DNA from: Botryllus schlosseri
Lineage: Eukaryota
Reading direction: 5' to 3'
Length of the DNA stretch: 64,000 nt
Assembly: GCA_051294905.1 (NCBI GenBank)
Contig: CM119372.1
Coordinates: 18,106,001 to 18,170,000, forward strand
The position numbers were made by a program, and so were the translations under genes. Of the stretch, positions 1 through 12,816 are shown piece by piece. Positions within the stretch are counted from its first letter, which is position 1, and each line of letters starts with the position of its first letter. The notes under the pieces were generated by a model, which was not told where the DNA came from, searched no databases, and saw nothing but the letters and a program-made list of their open reading frames with translations.

Positions 1-298
1 CAGCCCCCTAATCGTAGGGCCACCACTGCATATACCTTTTCGAAGTGCACTGTATAGTTTTTGCTTAACTACTCTAATTCAATTGACTGTATTTGAAGAC
101 TTGAACGACGTGCTTTGTACATTTAGATCGAGATTCCTCCGCGTAGGAAGTAGACTAGTAGACTTTGGATAGACTTACGTCACTTCTATCAGTACAATTG
201 CTAGAAAAATTGGATATGAGTTTGAAATTGCAGCTGTGTTCTAGGGTACGCTATCAGGCATAAACACATCGTCTGGGAAGGCATATATATTTCATTAC

Positions 299-1944
299 CT
301 GCATTGTAAGGTAACTGAATTTCCAGCGGTAATCGATTCGACACCTGTCGACATCAGTAATCGGTCGCTATTTTCATCTAGATCCCAACTGCTAGCTGTC
401 GATTTTAAGGTAATCGATACTGCATCCATCCCGTATTCCGCATCCTCCCCAGTTTGCACTACACACCAATACTTTCCGATATCACCTTCGTGAAACTTGC
501 ATAAATTTTGGAAAAGATGTTCACATGAAGGCAGTGAAAACTGTATTTAAAGGGGATATATAGGCTACCCCTACCTTTTTCAGTTTCATGTCATTGTCGC
601 CAGTTCCTGTCACCACTAACCGCTTGGCAAATTGTTTATCAAACACTTTGAAATCTGCATAATGGGTTCCGTGTGAAGTGAGGGAGACGGTGTAGGAAGC
701 GATCCGCGAAGCAGACATAAGTCGTTGCCCTCTTTTCCAAGTGATAGTAACCGGATTCGTTGACTTCGGGCAAGTGGAAAATTTGCAACCTAGGTTGACA
801 GCATATCCGGGTTCGACAAGAAGCGCGTTGTTCTACAACAATACATTGGTTTCGATAACAGTTGGCAAATTGACATGCGTGGTGAATTTTTGTAGGTTAG
901 CGTAGGCTACTTGTCATAAAGCACGAGAGTCGATGCATGAGTGAGTAATGCTATGCAATACATGCTTTAATTATCGAACCACGCAGTTCGCGTTGTAGTG
1001 TGTAATTGATTGCGATCACTGATTGCGATTGCCTATTAGATGAAGTGGTCTGTAACGAAGTAGGCTACTTATTTACTTACTTATTTTTAAACTGTAGACA
1101 TCTTTAAATCAGTGGTTTCAACCTAGGGTCGTATTCGGCTTCCCAAATAGGCCGTGACCAAGGTATTCTAGTGATATCCTATTAAATTTATTTGAATTAT
1201 TCCACGTCAGCAAAAATACAAAAAAATGCGCAATTTTCATCCGTACCAAGGTTGTCATCATCATTGCAATTTTTGTACTCCGCACAAGTGCGTATACCAT
1301 CCCACAGGTTGAAAAGCACTGGTAGGCTACTTAAAATAGGGTTACCATATGTCCTCTATTAAGAGGATTTGTCCTATTTTTTTGACTTTTTTGAGAGTGT
1401 CCTCGGAGGACGCCCTTTTATCCTCTTTTTTGAGATTTTGTCCTCTTTTTTGAGAATTTTGGTGATATTTATAGCAAAATTTGACTGAGATGCCGTAAAT
1501 TAGCACCGAAATGACGGTCCGGCGGGTAGTGGAAAGTTGACCTTTTTTTTAGTCAACCACCCGACAACGTGAAGGAAAAAACTGTATTTTGGGCACCGAG
1601 CGAGAAAGTTGACCTTTTTTTATTAGTCAACCGACCACAAAGTGGGAAATTTTTTTGAGAATTCTACTCCGGTTTTGCAAGTTAGAAAATTCTGAAAAAG
1701 TGTCCACTTTTTAGATTTCCAAAATATGGTAACCCTAAATTATAATCACCTGTGTCGTGGCGGTAATGATTATCTTGTTTTCGGAAGTTTGTGGAAATAA
1801 ATTATTCTTAACCCATGACAGGCTTATTTGGTCTTCTTGAGATTTCCTTGTCACTTCCGTGAGTTCCGCTGTTTTGACTGCTATTCCACGAACGGTCCAG
1901 CATGTCCCGAAAAACAGAAGCAGGCTCAGAAATTTTGGCTTCAT
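299..1944 (-). CDS. VCBP: Secreted V-type Ig-domain protein, VCBP-like (V region-containing chitin-binding protein); 5' part only, continues toward or beyond the left edge
   Basis: Exons 1944-1750, 832-575 and 495-299 join in frame across GT..AG introns (phases 0, 0, then a phase-2 donor). Product: signal peptide MKPKFLSLLLFFGTCWTVRG, then a V domain ITATTQ|NNALLVEPGYAVNLGCKF..PVTITWKRG..FAKRLVV..DMKLKK|FHEGDIGKYWCVVQTGEDAEYGMDAVSITLK, then the start of a second Ig domain (AGNSVTLQC). The B-strand Cys, C-strand Trp and DxGxYxC are all present. The VCBP call rests on my recollection of the amphioxus VCBP3 V1 end (YWC..EFGLDAKSVVLK). No chitin-binding domain is visible in the window. Confidence 0.8.
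1110..1321. mobile_element. Short hAT-type MITE (CAGTG termini) in VCBP-like intron 1
   Basis: Imperfect TIRs cagtggtttcaacc / ggttgaaaagcactg. No clean TSD. Confidence 0.55.
1337..1737. mobile_element. TAGGGTTACCATA-family MITE (hAT-like)
   Basis: 13-bp TIRs tagggttaccata / tatggtaacccta. Homologous copies start at 20103, 24183, 40841, 57142 and 57539. Confidence 0.85.
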
Positions 1945-2118
1945 TTATCACAACAGATGCCGATATATTGGTACAGGTAATAATTAAATGTGCATATGCA
2001 TAGGTGAAGATATACTTTGGGCACCTGCAGGAATCCAATAATCACGATTTCTTTATATGGTATTCTTACTCTTTGTAAATCGCGAAATTTCTCTGCGTAA
2101 TAATGGAATGGTACCCTG

Positions 2119-2545
2119 TTGGGTTGCATTTAAAACAAATGGTTGTTCAAAAGTCTTTGTTTAAAACATGTTTTAAACAGTTTTTTAAACAAAGGCCTTT
2201 AAAAAATTGTGTTTTTTTTCATGTTGTAAAATCATGCCATAAATGTGTAAATACTTTCCAAAAACAAGTTGTATGAGCCCACGGACAATTGCCACACGAC
2301 GTGTACGATATGGGATGGTTGGAACCCTCAAAATAGTCGATTCAACAGCTATAGTACGTAGATATTCCGTCAAAGGAGCTATATCTACCTATATTTTCAA
2401 TTGTCATGCGGCAATCTACTATGACGTCACAATTGAATATTCGTGACGCCATGACTTGAAAAATAACATTAAAAACATGTTTTAAACAGGGGCCCTGTTT
2501 TGAACATGTTTCTTTTAAATTGATTTTTGTTTTAATGAAACCCTA
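2119..2545. mobile_element. hAT-type MITE
   Basis: Imperfect TIRs ttgggttgcatttaaaacaaa / tttgttttaatgaaacccta. 8-bp TSD gtaccctg/gtgccctg. Subterminal aaaacatgttttaaaca repeats. Confidence 0.65.
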
Positions 2546-3333
2546 GTGCCCTGAGATATTAGGCATATATTGTTATCGAATTTACAGCAATGAAAGATCA
2601 GGAGAAAGGTCACGATATGCGATTATTTTAACATGCACGTGACATATATAGAGAATTGTTATGTAACGTATTTTCCAGATTCGCAACAAGGATTAGCTAT
2701 AGGAAAGGAAAGAACGTAGTTTATTTTTGTCCTTGATTTTTTTGCGGCATATACACCGACTCATGATACAGTGATATAGTGATGATACCATATGCTAGTT
2801 TTTTAAACGTAAAAATATGAGAACTTGAATATACCGCTTCCTGCACAGGTTCACTCATGCAGTTGAACATTTCAGGATATCATAAGATTAAACTCAGTTA
2901 AGTTTGTGGCTTACTAAGGTATTTCTTGACTATATGGAACCTTTTATACGCTGAAGTGGTATAATAGACATTGTAAATATCAATCAGTAGATTCGAGAAT
3001 GAATTTCGCTCTACATGCTAGGACTTGACTCTTGATCCTATAATTCCTTTTACGTCAACCAAAATGATGTTCGAAACTGTAGCCTCTCGTTGATACCTCG
3101 ACTCGATCAGCAACACGGTATTAAGAAGCTGACTACTTCACTGAAGAAGAATTGCTTCTTGAAGTGATTGTACGATTGAGAATATGCCTTGAGCATATAT
3201 GTGTTCGGTTCCTGTATAGCAAACATTAGTTTGCCTTTTGGGCGTTCCTATGTATGGGCCTAATTGTCACGTAAAACAAAGCCATGTGGGCAAATTTCAT
3301 GATACGTCAATGTGAAATGATAGTGTACGTGCT

Positions 3334-3861
3334 CATACGTGGACAGTAACGAAATATTTCTACGTTTTTGAGATTACAAGTGGGTTTTGCTTTTACTTTC
3401 GCGTTCCTACTCAAGTGGTTGTGATTTTACACCGCTTCCACCTCTACTTGAGCAGTTCTAGGCAAAAGCACTCACTTTTTGTTATTTGCATTCTGCTAAA
3501 TAGTAAGTAGTTTTGGGATTGGTCTGTATCAGTTTTGCGTGTGAAATCGGCATAGGAACCGCGCGAAATATCCACAGTACGTGCTGGTTACATATTTCAG
3601 AAGATTTTTGTTGTCTTATCAGTCATATTGCATTTGAAATTATAGCCGCCTCCGAACAACTGTAGTATTAGAATGCGAGTTCGACTAAATCTACATTTTG
3701 AAACTACGTACTTGAGTACTTTTCAGACATTTAATTTTCTACTTCCACTTGAAGTAGTTTTGACATGTCTTGAAAATTGCTACTTGTACTTGTAGTTGAG
3801 TAGAAATCTATAGCATTCCATCTATACTTCTACTTGACTTGCAACGCTTTGACCAGTTCTG
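3334..3861 (-). mobile_element. Degenerate short copy of the CAGAGGTGGTCA MITE family
   Basis: Ends and tacttgag/ctactt subterminal repeats match the reverse complement of the copies at 23706 and 29582. Confidence 0.65.
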
Positions 3862-3944
3862 AGTCTGTGCCGCAAACCCCACGATCTGCGACTCATCGCG
3901 TCAAAAGTATGATCATATTTTCAATTCTACCTTTGCAGAATGAA

Positions 3945-6900
3945 ATGAAAAAACTTGAGATACTTTTAGGCTGTTCGGCATTGTTCTTTCTACTATTTGT
4001 TATTTATTCATCTCGCAATATTTTATCATTTCGGACTGATTCACCAAAGGAAGATAAATCCTGGCAGCAAGCCACAACAATAACGCCGTTGAAGAAAACC
4101 AAAGATGATTATCGAGCGCAAGTCGCTGACCAGAAAGGGTATGACAAATCATATCCCATATCTGCCAATATTGTACACTGTACGTACAATCGCACATGTA
4201 TATCCTTTTCGGCCACGCTGGATTTCTTATACGTTTGATGAGGTGGATATTTTTGGAAAGCAGAGTTTACACGACTTAATTACCGCGTTAGCAAAGCAAC
4301 TAAGCCAGTTTTTTCACACTGACAATGTGAATTCCTAGCAATTCTATTGGCATCCTATTGAGACAACTGATTTTCTCCAGCAACGATCCCCAGCTAGTAG
4401 AATGCATTTTTAATGTTTATCACCATACGTATATATAGGTCAAAACTATTCGAATAACTGCGACTTGATGACAGACAACCAAAAAGGGTGTATAACACAG
4501 TCTGCTAGTTTTCCAATATATATTGTCACTTTGTTTGTTAACATTTGTGTATGCCACATGGAGGTGTGTCTGAACCTATACTGGAATGTATTCAATCTAT
4601 GGGTATTTTGATACGCTTGACTGGTTTCATGCACTTGCAGGCACGTAGCCATGGTTCTAATTGACAAATACAGTATTACCAGCGCCGCAAATAGGGGTGA
4701 ATATAATTTTTGAAGTATTGTTGTTATTTTACAGACTTTAACAAAGCGGGTTACTATCCAATGCAGCTTGTCGTGCACACAACATGTGAAATAGTTTGTT
4801 ATAACTATCGAACTAATCAAGAAATCCCACCAACCACTTTTTCTGAAAGCTGGCGTCATTCTACCATGGTGCAAACTTTTATGAAAACAGCAGCAATCAA
4901 TAAAATCAAGAAATATATGAAAGTGATAGCTCATAAATGACCGCAGTCGTGATCGGTCTTGGTGTTTTGCCTTTGGAAAATTGATGTTGCACTGTTATGT
5001 AATGTGGAAAATCTATGTTACCATTTATCGTGCACGCCAAATAATTTAACGAGTCACCATAGTGGTACGCGTGCCAGTGCTTGGCTATAATGCCTACCCC
5101 TGCTATATACTGCTCCATATCACATATGTCTTACCCAACGGAGCCACATGTAGGTTTACATTACCAAGATGGCTCTGGCTAATGGTGGGATTCAAATTTT
5201 ATCATTAGACACGGTTCTATTGCCAGAAAATTGATTGACAGCAACCAGTAATGCCAACCTGTTCGCTGCTCTAATAAATTTCGTGAAACAATTCTATGGA
5301 ACCACTGAATCCGATCACTTATGACTACCGACCAAAATATCAGGGAGCATAGGCTACTCATATGATAATTGAATGTCGAAACAATTTTTCAGACATGCGA
5401 CCGGGGCGAAAACAAAATGCAAACCGCGTAAAAACATTTTCTTCATGAAAACGCACAAGACCGGAAGTACGACGATGCAAAACATCCTTTTGCGTTACGC
5501 ATGGACTCACGATTTAACGGTTGGATTGCCCCTAAAGAGCAACAACTTTGATTACGCCAACAGAAAAAAGTTCGACGGAACAATGGTGCAGCCGGTCGCC
5601 TCTGGTCGTGAGATTAACATGTTAATACATCACATGATATTTAGTAGGGCTGGGGTAAGTTTGAGGAATGTTTGGACTGTGTTGTCACTCGGATATCATG
5701 CCTGGGGTTTGTTCGGACTGTGCTCAACTTGGACAACATGGAGCGTGATTTACAATTAACTCTTCTTTTATACCAGTGGGTCTTATATCCTTTTGGACCT
5801 CGCGGCACCCTTTGAAGGGGTATACTTTAGGGCACCCTAGCAGTTCGAGTAATCAGAGTGCAATCCTGGCCTTCTCAAATGCTACTCAGATTCACAGTTT
5901 GACAATTATCCGTAAATTTTCATATATCTCGACCGCAATCCTCTTTACCTCATTGCTCACGGCAAACCTGAGCAGTCCAATCGTCAACCCAGTTGTGAAC
6001 CACTTTGTGCCGATGAGTTCACAATACAATTATTTCTTTTACGGCAAGAGAAACATATATTTACCTATTAGGCTACTTTGGGAGACAATATATATATATA
6101 TATATCACGTAAGTATAGCCCACACTGGGCTTCTTGTAAGTAAATAGAGCGGCTGCTCTCGTGCGAAAGTATTGTGACGTTCTCTTCCCAGATATCAGCT
6201 GTCCTTCCCCGCGATGCGTTCTACTTCACAGTGCTGCGTGACCCGGCTACCCAATTTGAATCAGTATATAAGTACTTTAAGACGGTCGTCGCTCCTTTTA
6301 CGAAAGCTAAATCGTTCGAAGACTTCATCGCAAATCCACCCAAGTAAATTCCGCGCAATGTGATATTATCGATTACAAAATAGAATTACTATTGCATTTT
6401 GTGACACAGGTATTTCAAAAGCACGGCGAAGCTCACATTCTCGTGGTTTGCTAAAAATGGAATGGCGTTTGACCTGGGATTCGACAATCTGAATGAAGGC
6501 GACGCTAAAATCAAGTCCATCATAAAAGAGATGGATGATACATTTGATATTGTTTTAATATCGGAATATTTCGATATGTCACTTATTTTATTGAAGGAAG
6601 GCCTTTGCTGGACCATGGCAGACATTGCCTACTTGTCAGTTAACGCCAGGAGAACATCCACTGTGCCGTTTGTCGATGGCAAACTGTCCAATAAAATTCG
6701 TAGCTGGAATAAGATTGACAGTCAGCTTTATAAATATTACAACACGACGTTTTGGAAGCGCGTTAAGAAGTTTGGTATCAAACGGATGCAAGCGGAGTTG
6801 AAGCAATTAAATAAAATCAAGAGCGAGCTCAAACTATTTTGCGTCGAAGACGGACTCTTCATCAATAAAGACATCACGGACGGGAAATATAAAATGTACA

Positions 6901-7031
6901 ACCCTCCGGGAGTGGAAATGACTCAATACCACCTAAAGAAGGAAGCGGAGAAAAACGAGACGTGCATTCAGTTAATTCTACCCGAAATACCGTGGTGGCA
7001 AAAAATGACTCAGCATCAAAGAACCGCGTAA
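3945..7031 (+). CDS. GAL3ST: Galactose-3-O-sulfotransferase (GAL3ST family, galactosylceramide sulfotransferase-like), 409 aa, 4 exons
   Basis: Exons 3945-4138, 5393-5654, 6192-6343 and 6410-7031 total 1230 nt in frame with GT..AG junctions. N-terminal type II TM anchor (LLGCSALFFLLFVIY), 5'-PSB motif FMKTHKTGSTT, 3'-PB motif LRDP..QFES, and NGMAFDLG, LVLISEYFD-like, W and LY.YYN..FW blocks typical of GAL3STs. Confidence 0.93.
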
Positions 7032-9174
7032 ATAGTCGAATAGAATCGGCAGCAACAAGTAGTGGCAGCTTGGTTTATCAGCCAGCAGCATATCCTTGAC
7101 CCTCATGTCTATAGTAATCGCCCTGTACGGTGTTGATTGAGTTTGTAGGTATCTGAATACACTGAATGTATCATCACCGATTCAACCGCATGTTGCAATG
7201 TTTGTTAATGACTTAAATATGACATGTAGCTCCCCTTTAATCCAACTTTCATATGCTATGTTACTTACAATTTTCGTGTAGACAAAATTACGCTAGAAAT
7301 ATTTCTAATTCATGTTACGCATGACTGATTTCGAGAGCAATTTGTCAGTAAACCTGAGGTTTGAGAACCACTGGCTTAGGGCTTCCCCACACGATCAAGC
7401 TTTATTACATGGAGACGGTCTTTCAGCTAGTAACGTATCTCGCTAGCCCCCAAAAGCGTGTCCAGGCATCGTGCACAGCTCAGAGTTCAAAATAAAATGA
7501 AATTCATTACAGTGATCCGTTGTTGTATTTTCATTCCTTCAATGAAATACTACTTCTTTGTGCTCGATATACCCATCGCCTGTGTTAGGTAGCACAGCGT
7601 TGTTTTGACATAGAGTTTTTATACGTGGTTGCGTACTTTACATCGAAATTGAATTCATGCGGCCCGCGGTCGCTACAAAACTTGAAAAGTGGCCCGCGAC
7701 CCGTTTTGAGTTGGCAACCCCTGCTCTAAAGGTTCAGGTTTGTGTTAACTCGAATCTTTTTGAAAGATACTGCGTGAGCGCGAACCTATATTGCTAATTC
7801 CTACTCTACATTTCAGCTAAGTGATATTTTACGATACCTAGTGCGACGACTCAGGCCACATTATGCCACAATGTTGAAGTACATGCTGTCTTTTTAAACG
7901 TCACCAAATGTATCAACCGGAGCAATCAAATGATATATTCATTCCATAAAATCAATATCTTCTGTCGCTTTACCAACTATTTCGACGAGGACTTGCAAGG
8001 GAATATAAGCTGACGCCTAGGCCAGACCGGACAATGTATTAGGCGTCTTACTAATGCTACATTGATATTGAGCAGAGCGTAAACCGGATTTCTATACTTA
8101 CTACCGATATTACTCCTTTAACAAGTTATACAGTAGCCAACACCTCAATCGCACAAATTAGTCTTTTATGATACAATAAACATATTAAATCAAGATGGAT
8201 CCCGTGCGCCTGCTAGATTGTTTACATTAGACAACGATGTATTCTTTATATCAGTTAAATTGATAGTTTGAATAAGGATCATACGCCGACTACCTAGATG
8301 TAGTGTATTTCGCTCTTCATGTTGTGTGAATGTGATTGCTGGTCAAGCCTACGGCAAAGTCACTAAATATTCACAAACGGTAAGATGAATATTTCGATCA
8401 AACTTTTGTAACAAAGCAAGTGAAATTTCTGAGATTGGCAAGGTGCATGCTTGTTTGGTGTTGATTTTTTATGCTGCCGGCGCCATATAAAGAGTGGCCC
8501 AGAATTGAAATACAAAGAATGATCTTATAATAACGTGAAAGAATTGTAATGTATGGAAACGGTTGACAGAACAGAACCTACCATGGTTCGTTTGTGAATG
8601 TGAACCTCTAAATTTTTGAGGTTCACGCGCAGGACGCGAACGTGAACCATTGACGTATCCAGGAGGGAGACAAAGGGCCCATGGCCCCTCCCAAATTTTC
8701 CGAACTTTTTCGTAAATTAATACAAGGTGGGAAATTTTTTAACAGATGTATTCAACTTGAAATTTTTCTTTGCGCGATATCTAGTTTCTGTATTCAGTTG
8801 ATTATTGAGTACTCGTCTCTCGATAAATCAATATAAAAATAGGACTGAATAAAAATAGTCCTGCTGTATGAAATTGAATCTAACTGTATGCGTCAGCGAC
8901 GACGTGCTGCCTGCGGTTGCGGAACTAGACACCAGCTTTTCGGCGCCAAAAAGACACTTAAGTCAGATAGGTTTAACTAACACGAAGTGGGATCCCAGAA
9001 AGATCGCCGGCGATAGAACCTTGGTCGAAGATTGCGCGGGATGGCCCTGTCTTTGCAACCTGAGTTCCACTGTAAGAATGCGACAAGGCAATTAATATTG
9101 CCCACCATGAATAAATGCAAATTGGGAATCGTGCGAATCCCACCAAAGACATTTCTCTTTTAATTGGTTGCGGT

Positions 9175-11781
9175 TAGGGCTGGGCGACATATGATTCGAG
9201 TACTCGAATCTTAATCGAGTATTAATCTTAATGATTCGAGTTGAGTAGTCGAAGGTGATTTTTTCGAGTACTGAAATTGTACGCTCCATGTCAATAAGAG
9301 TGAATTTATCGACGAAAATTATAATTTGATACCCTTTCCACTCTGGAAGCCTTGAAACTTCGATTGGTCGTATGACAGCATACGTAACACCATAGTGTCC
9401 TATATGGTGTCGACACAAGCAAATCGCACGGTTCAATGAAATTGTATCACGTCACAGTTTCCATTTGGCTACAGGCAATTTGACGGTGATTTTTGACCGG
9501 CTTGCCGAGCATTAAATTTGATGAATCGGGTATCAATCGAAAGCTGACTCTGCATTGATTACGAAAATATAAATTTTATTCCGCTCGCGGCCCTGGAACC
9601 CCCACAATCAGCCCCCAATTATTCATTGTCGAGTAGATTGGCAGTGTGACGCAACAGAGCTATCTGGCGAAACGTGAGACTAGCTCAAGAGCAAGGATGC
9701 GGCCGAGCGGCGAGAGTGGGATCAGCTGACGTGACGGCAATAGCGATGTGCAAACGCGCCACAGAGAAACGCTGCGCTGTTGATACTTTTTCTATGCGTT
9801 TCGGTACAACCGAGCACACACCAGCCTTTCCTTGACTTGTAAGGGTAGAACTGGGTCCACAGAATGTATTAGGGCCCTACCAATTTTCGCGCAATATCCT
9901 TCAGCTGATAAAGATATGTAGGCTACGTCTAAGTAGTCTACATTGGATATGTCAGATTATTATGATATCGATTGCCTTAGCCCGCTTGTTGCGTAGGGCT
10001 CCAGAGACACGTCGCGCTGTTGATGGCGGGTGTCGATACTTTCTATAGTCGCTTTTATGGTTAAGTGTGAGCAAGGATCATTGACCATGAGCATACATTA
10101 CAAGCTTTTATTTGATCCGTATGGGTAGGACTTGGTCCGCGAATGCAGCAGGTGAAATGTTGATTGTTGAATAAAGTTTAACAGCAGGAGTGTCGAATTA
10201 AACTGGTATCGCTGTCGCGATTCAATCCGTTACTAGAAAGCTTGCGGGCCATACCTGCCAAATGATTCCAAAATGTTACCACCAAATTCATACCTTTGTT
10301 TTTCACTGGAATATATCTGATATCACTGTAAACGTTGACGTTGGAATTTGGTTTAGCATTTTTCAATCACCAAATAGCGTTTTTGAATGCCGGGGACCTT
10401 TTGCGTCAAAAGTACAGTGGTATCGCAGATATTTGAATTATATTCATCCTGTAGCCTGTATATATATTCCTAATGTAACTTACGTAAAACGGATTTGCAG
10501 TATTTTTTTCGCATCTGTGAATAACTGAATTTCCATTGTCCATTCGGCCCAACAGAGTTTGCACTTTTTCGCCTTCTCGGAATTTGGCAAGGTCACCGAC
10601 GTGGTGCTTATGGGGACTAGAGTGAAAACGCAACACTGTAGTTGTATTACTACAATATGACGCGAAACAATAACTTCATATTGTTAATTTATTCGCTAAA
10701 AGCTTTTCGACTAACTCTCATCAGTAGCAATAATAACTACAATATGATATATTTACATTATCTAAATTTGCTGTCTTGAGTGAATCTTATTACTTGAAAG
10801 TATATTTTTCTTACTAGAAATATCTCTAACAGCTGAAGGATTGCGCGAAAATTGGTAGGGACCGCAAATACATTCTGTGGACCCAGTTCTACCATTACAA
10901 GTCAAGGAAAGGCTGGTTTGTGCTCGCTTTTAGCGAAGCGCATAGAAAAAGTATCAACAGCCCTACGCAACAAGCGGGCTAAGGCAATCGATATCATAAT
11001 AATCTGACATATCCAATGTAGACTACTTAGACGTAGCCTACATATCTTTATCAGCTGAAGGATATTGCGCGAAAATTGGTAGGGCCCTAATACATTCTGT
11101 GGACCCAGTTCTACCCTTACAAGTCAAGGAAAGGCTGGTGTGTGCTCTGTTGTACCGAAACGCATAGAAAAAGTATCAACAGCGCAGCGTTTCTCTGTGG
11201 CGCGTTTGCACATCGCTATTGCCGTCACGTCAGCTGATCCCACTCTCTCCGCTCGGCCGCATCGTTGCTCTTGAGCTAGTCTCACGTTTCGCCAGACAGC
11301 TTTGTTGCGTCACACTGCCAATCTACTCGACAATGAATAATTGGGGGCTGATTGTGGGGGTTCCAGGGCCGCGAGCGGAATAAAATTTATATTTTCGTAA
11401 TCAATGCAGAGTCAGCTTTCGATTGATACCCGATTCATCAAATTTAATGCTCGGCAAGCCGGTCAAAAATCACCGTCAAATTGCCTGTAGCCAAATGGAA
11501 ACTGTGACGTGATACAATTTCATTGAACCGTGCGATTTGCTTGTGTCGACACCATATAGGACACTATGGTAACACGTATTGCAAAGATACAAATTACCTT
11601 TACATGGTGTACGACAGGCTTTATATTATTTGTGGTTGGATAAAAGTTCATATTGGAATTTTGTCATCTCCCATACTGATATGACGTCATAATAAGTGAT
11701 ATTCGAATACTCAACTCGACTCGAAGCAAAATACTCGATTCAGAATCGGATCACTCGGGTCCTCGATTTTGCCCAGCCCTA
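9175..11781. mobile_element. TAGGGCTGGGC MITE (about 420 bp) split by the foldback element
   Basis: TIRs tagggctgggc / gcccagcccta. Degenerate TSD gttgcggt/gttcgggt. tcgag/ctcga subterminal repeats. A related fragment lies at about 17185-17280. Confidence 0.75.
9391..11568. mobile_element. Foldback element with 610-bp terminal inverted repeats (P/Galileo-like, non-autonomous)
   Basis: 9391-10000 is the reverse complement of 10959-11568, with about five substitutions by eye. Termini CATAG...CTATG. Perfect 7-bp TSD gtaacac. Confidence 0.9.
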
Positions 11782-11926
11782 GTTCGGGTATGTGAGAGCG
11801 ATCTTTTCAGTGACGACAACTTTCTCCGGAGGTCACGAAATAAATCAGTAATTAAAGTGACACGCCAACGCTCACCCTCCAGAAACTATAGTGAATAGTC
11901 TTATCGTGTTGCATGAACATCTAGCT

Positions 11927-12816
11927 CAGTGGCTCCCAACCGGGGGCGAATTCCCCCCTTGGGGGAATTTTGAAATTTTTAGGAGGGAATCTGGCTTTGG
12001 CATTGTATCGGAAGATACACTGGGTTTACAAGGTTTTTAGATTTTTATGGTATAGAACTGTTATGTAGAAATGAGTTCTTAAGAATTGTATGTTTCTTTG
12101 GCGGATTTCAAGCTAGGTGTAGGCCTATGTTTAAATGCCTTCCGTAGATATTACACCCCCTGATAAATGGAGGCTCACGAGACGATTTCGTTGGGCCCGC
12201 GACCAATGTTCCCTCTAATTGTGGACGGGTCTGCGCACGCTCACCAACTCACTGCGCAGACACTTGGAAAGCAGTGCGTAACGACTAAAAAAAAGGTCAT
12301 CACTTCGGATTTTTTGTGCGCAACTTCGATTTTCTCTGCGCAGAGACCGTGTCAGCACTGCGCATTTGCGCACGTGCGCAGCTTAGAGGGAACATTGCCC
12401 GCGACAGCCTCTCGACCAAATTTCTATCAAGCAGGAATACGTCAAGCCGAATCCAGCAAGAAGGCCGCTGGTGAAATTGCTTAAATTCTTAAGCCAGCAT
12501 ATGAGCTAACGTGAAAAACATACCAAATTCATCGATTCAATTCAAGTTCATAGCAAGAGGACTTGTTGATTTATTTTTCGTCAGCGGCTACATGAACGGT
12601 CAAATTTAACTGTACTTTACCAAAGTTTAGTGCGATCCGCATTCGACATAGTTCGGACGTATCTGAATATGTTTGGCCATTAATTGCTCAGTCAAAAATA
12701 GGTTGCGCGTTAAAAAGCACGTTTTTTTAGTCACAGGCAACTTTTTCATAGGGGGGGAATTTTAGCTCAAATATTTGCCAAGGGGGGCACGAGACGAAAA
12801 AGGTTGGGAACCACTG
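11927..12816. mobile_element. hAT-type MITE (CAGTGG termini)
   Basis: TIRs cagtggctcccaacc / ggttgggaaccactg. Perfect 8-bp TSD atctagct. Confidence 0.9.
12204..12397. mobile_element. 194-bp hAT-type MITE nested in the previous element
   Basis: TIRs caatgttccctctaa / ttagagggaacattg. Perfect 8-bp TSD cccgcgac. A second copy lies at 17844. Confidence 0.9.

Noticed and set aside
1118..1300. Minus-strand ORF with a hydrophobic stretch as a candidate VCBP signal exon
   Set aside because: It lies wholly within a MITE. The 1944-1750 exon supplies a better signal peptide and a phase-compatible donor.
4124..4143. 19/20-nt match between the end of GAL3ST exon 1 (gctgaccagaaagggtatga) and TMBIM copy 2 exon 1 (about 59370-59389)
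   Set aside because: No flanking homology and different splice positions. Most likely chance.
4446..5361. Several 60-160 aa ORFs in GAL3ST intron 1
   Set aside because: No recognisable motifs and no consistent splice structure.
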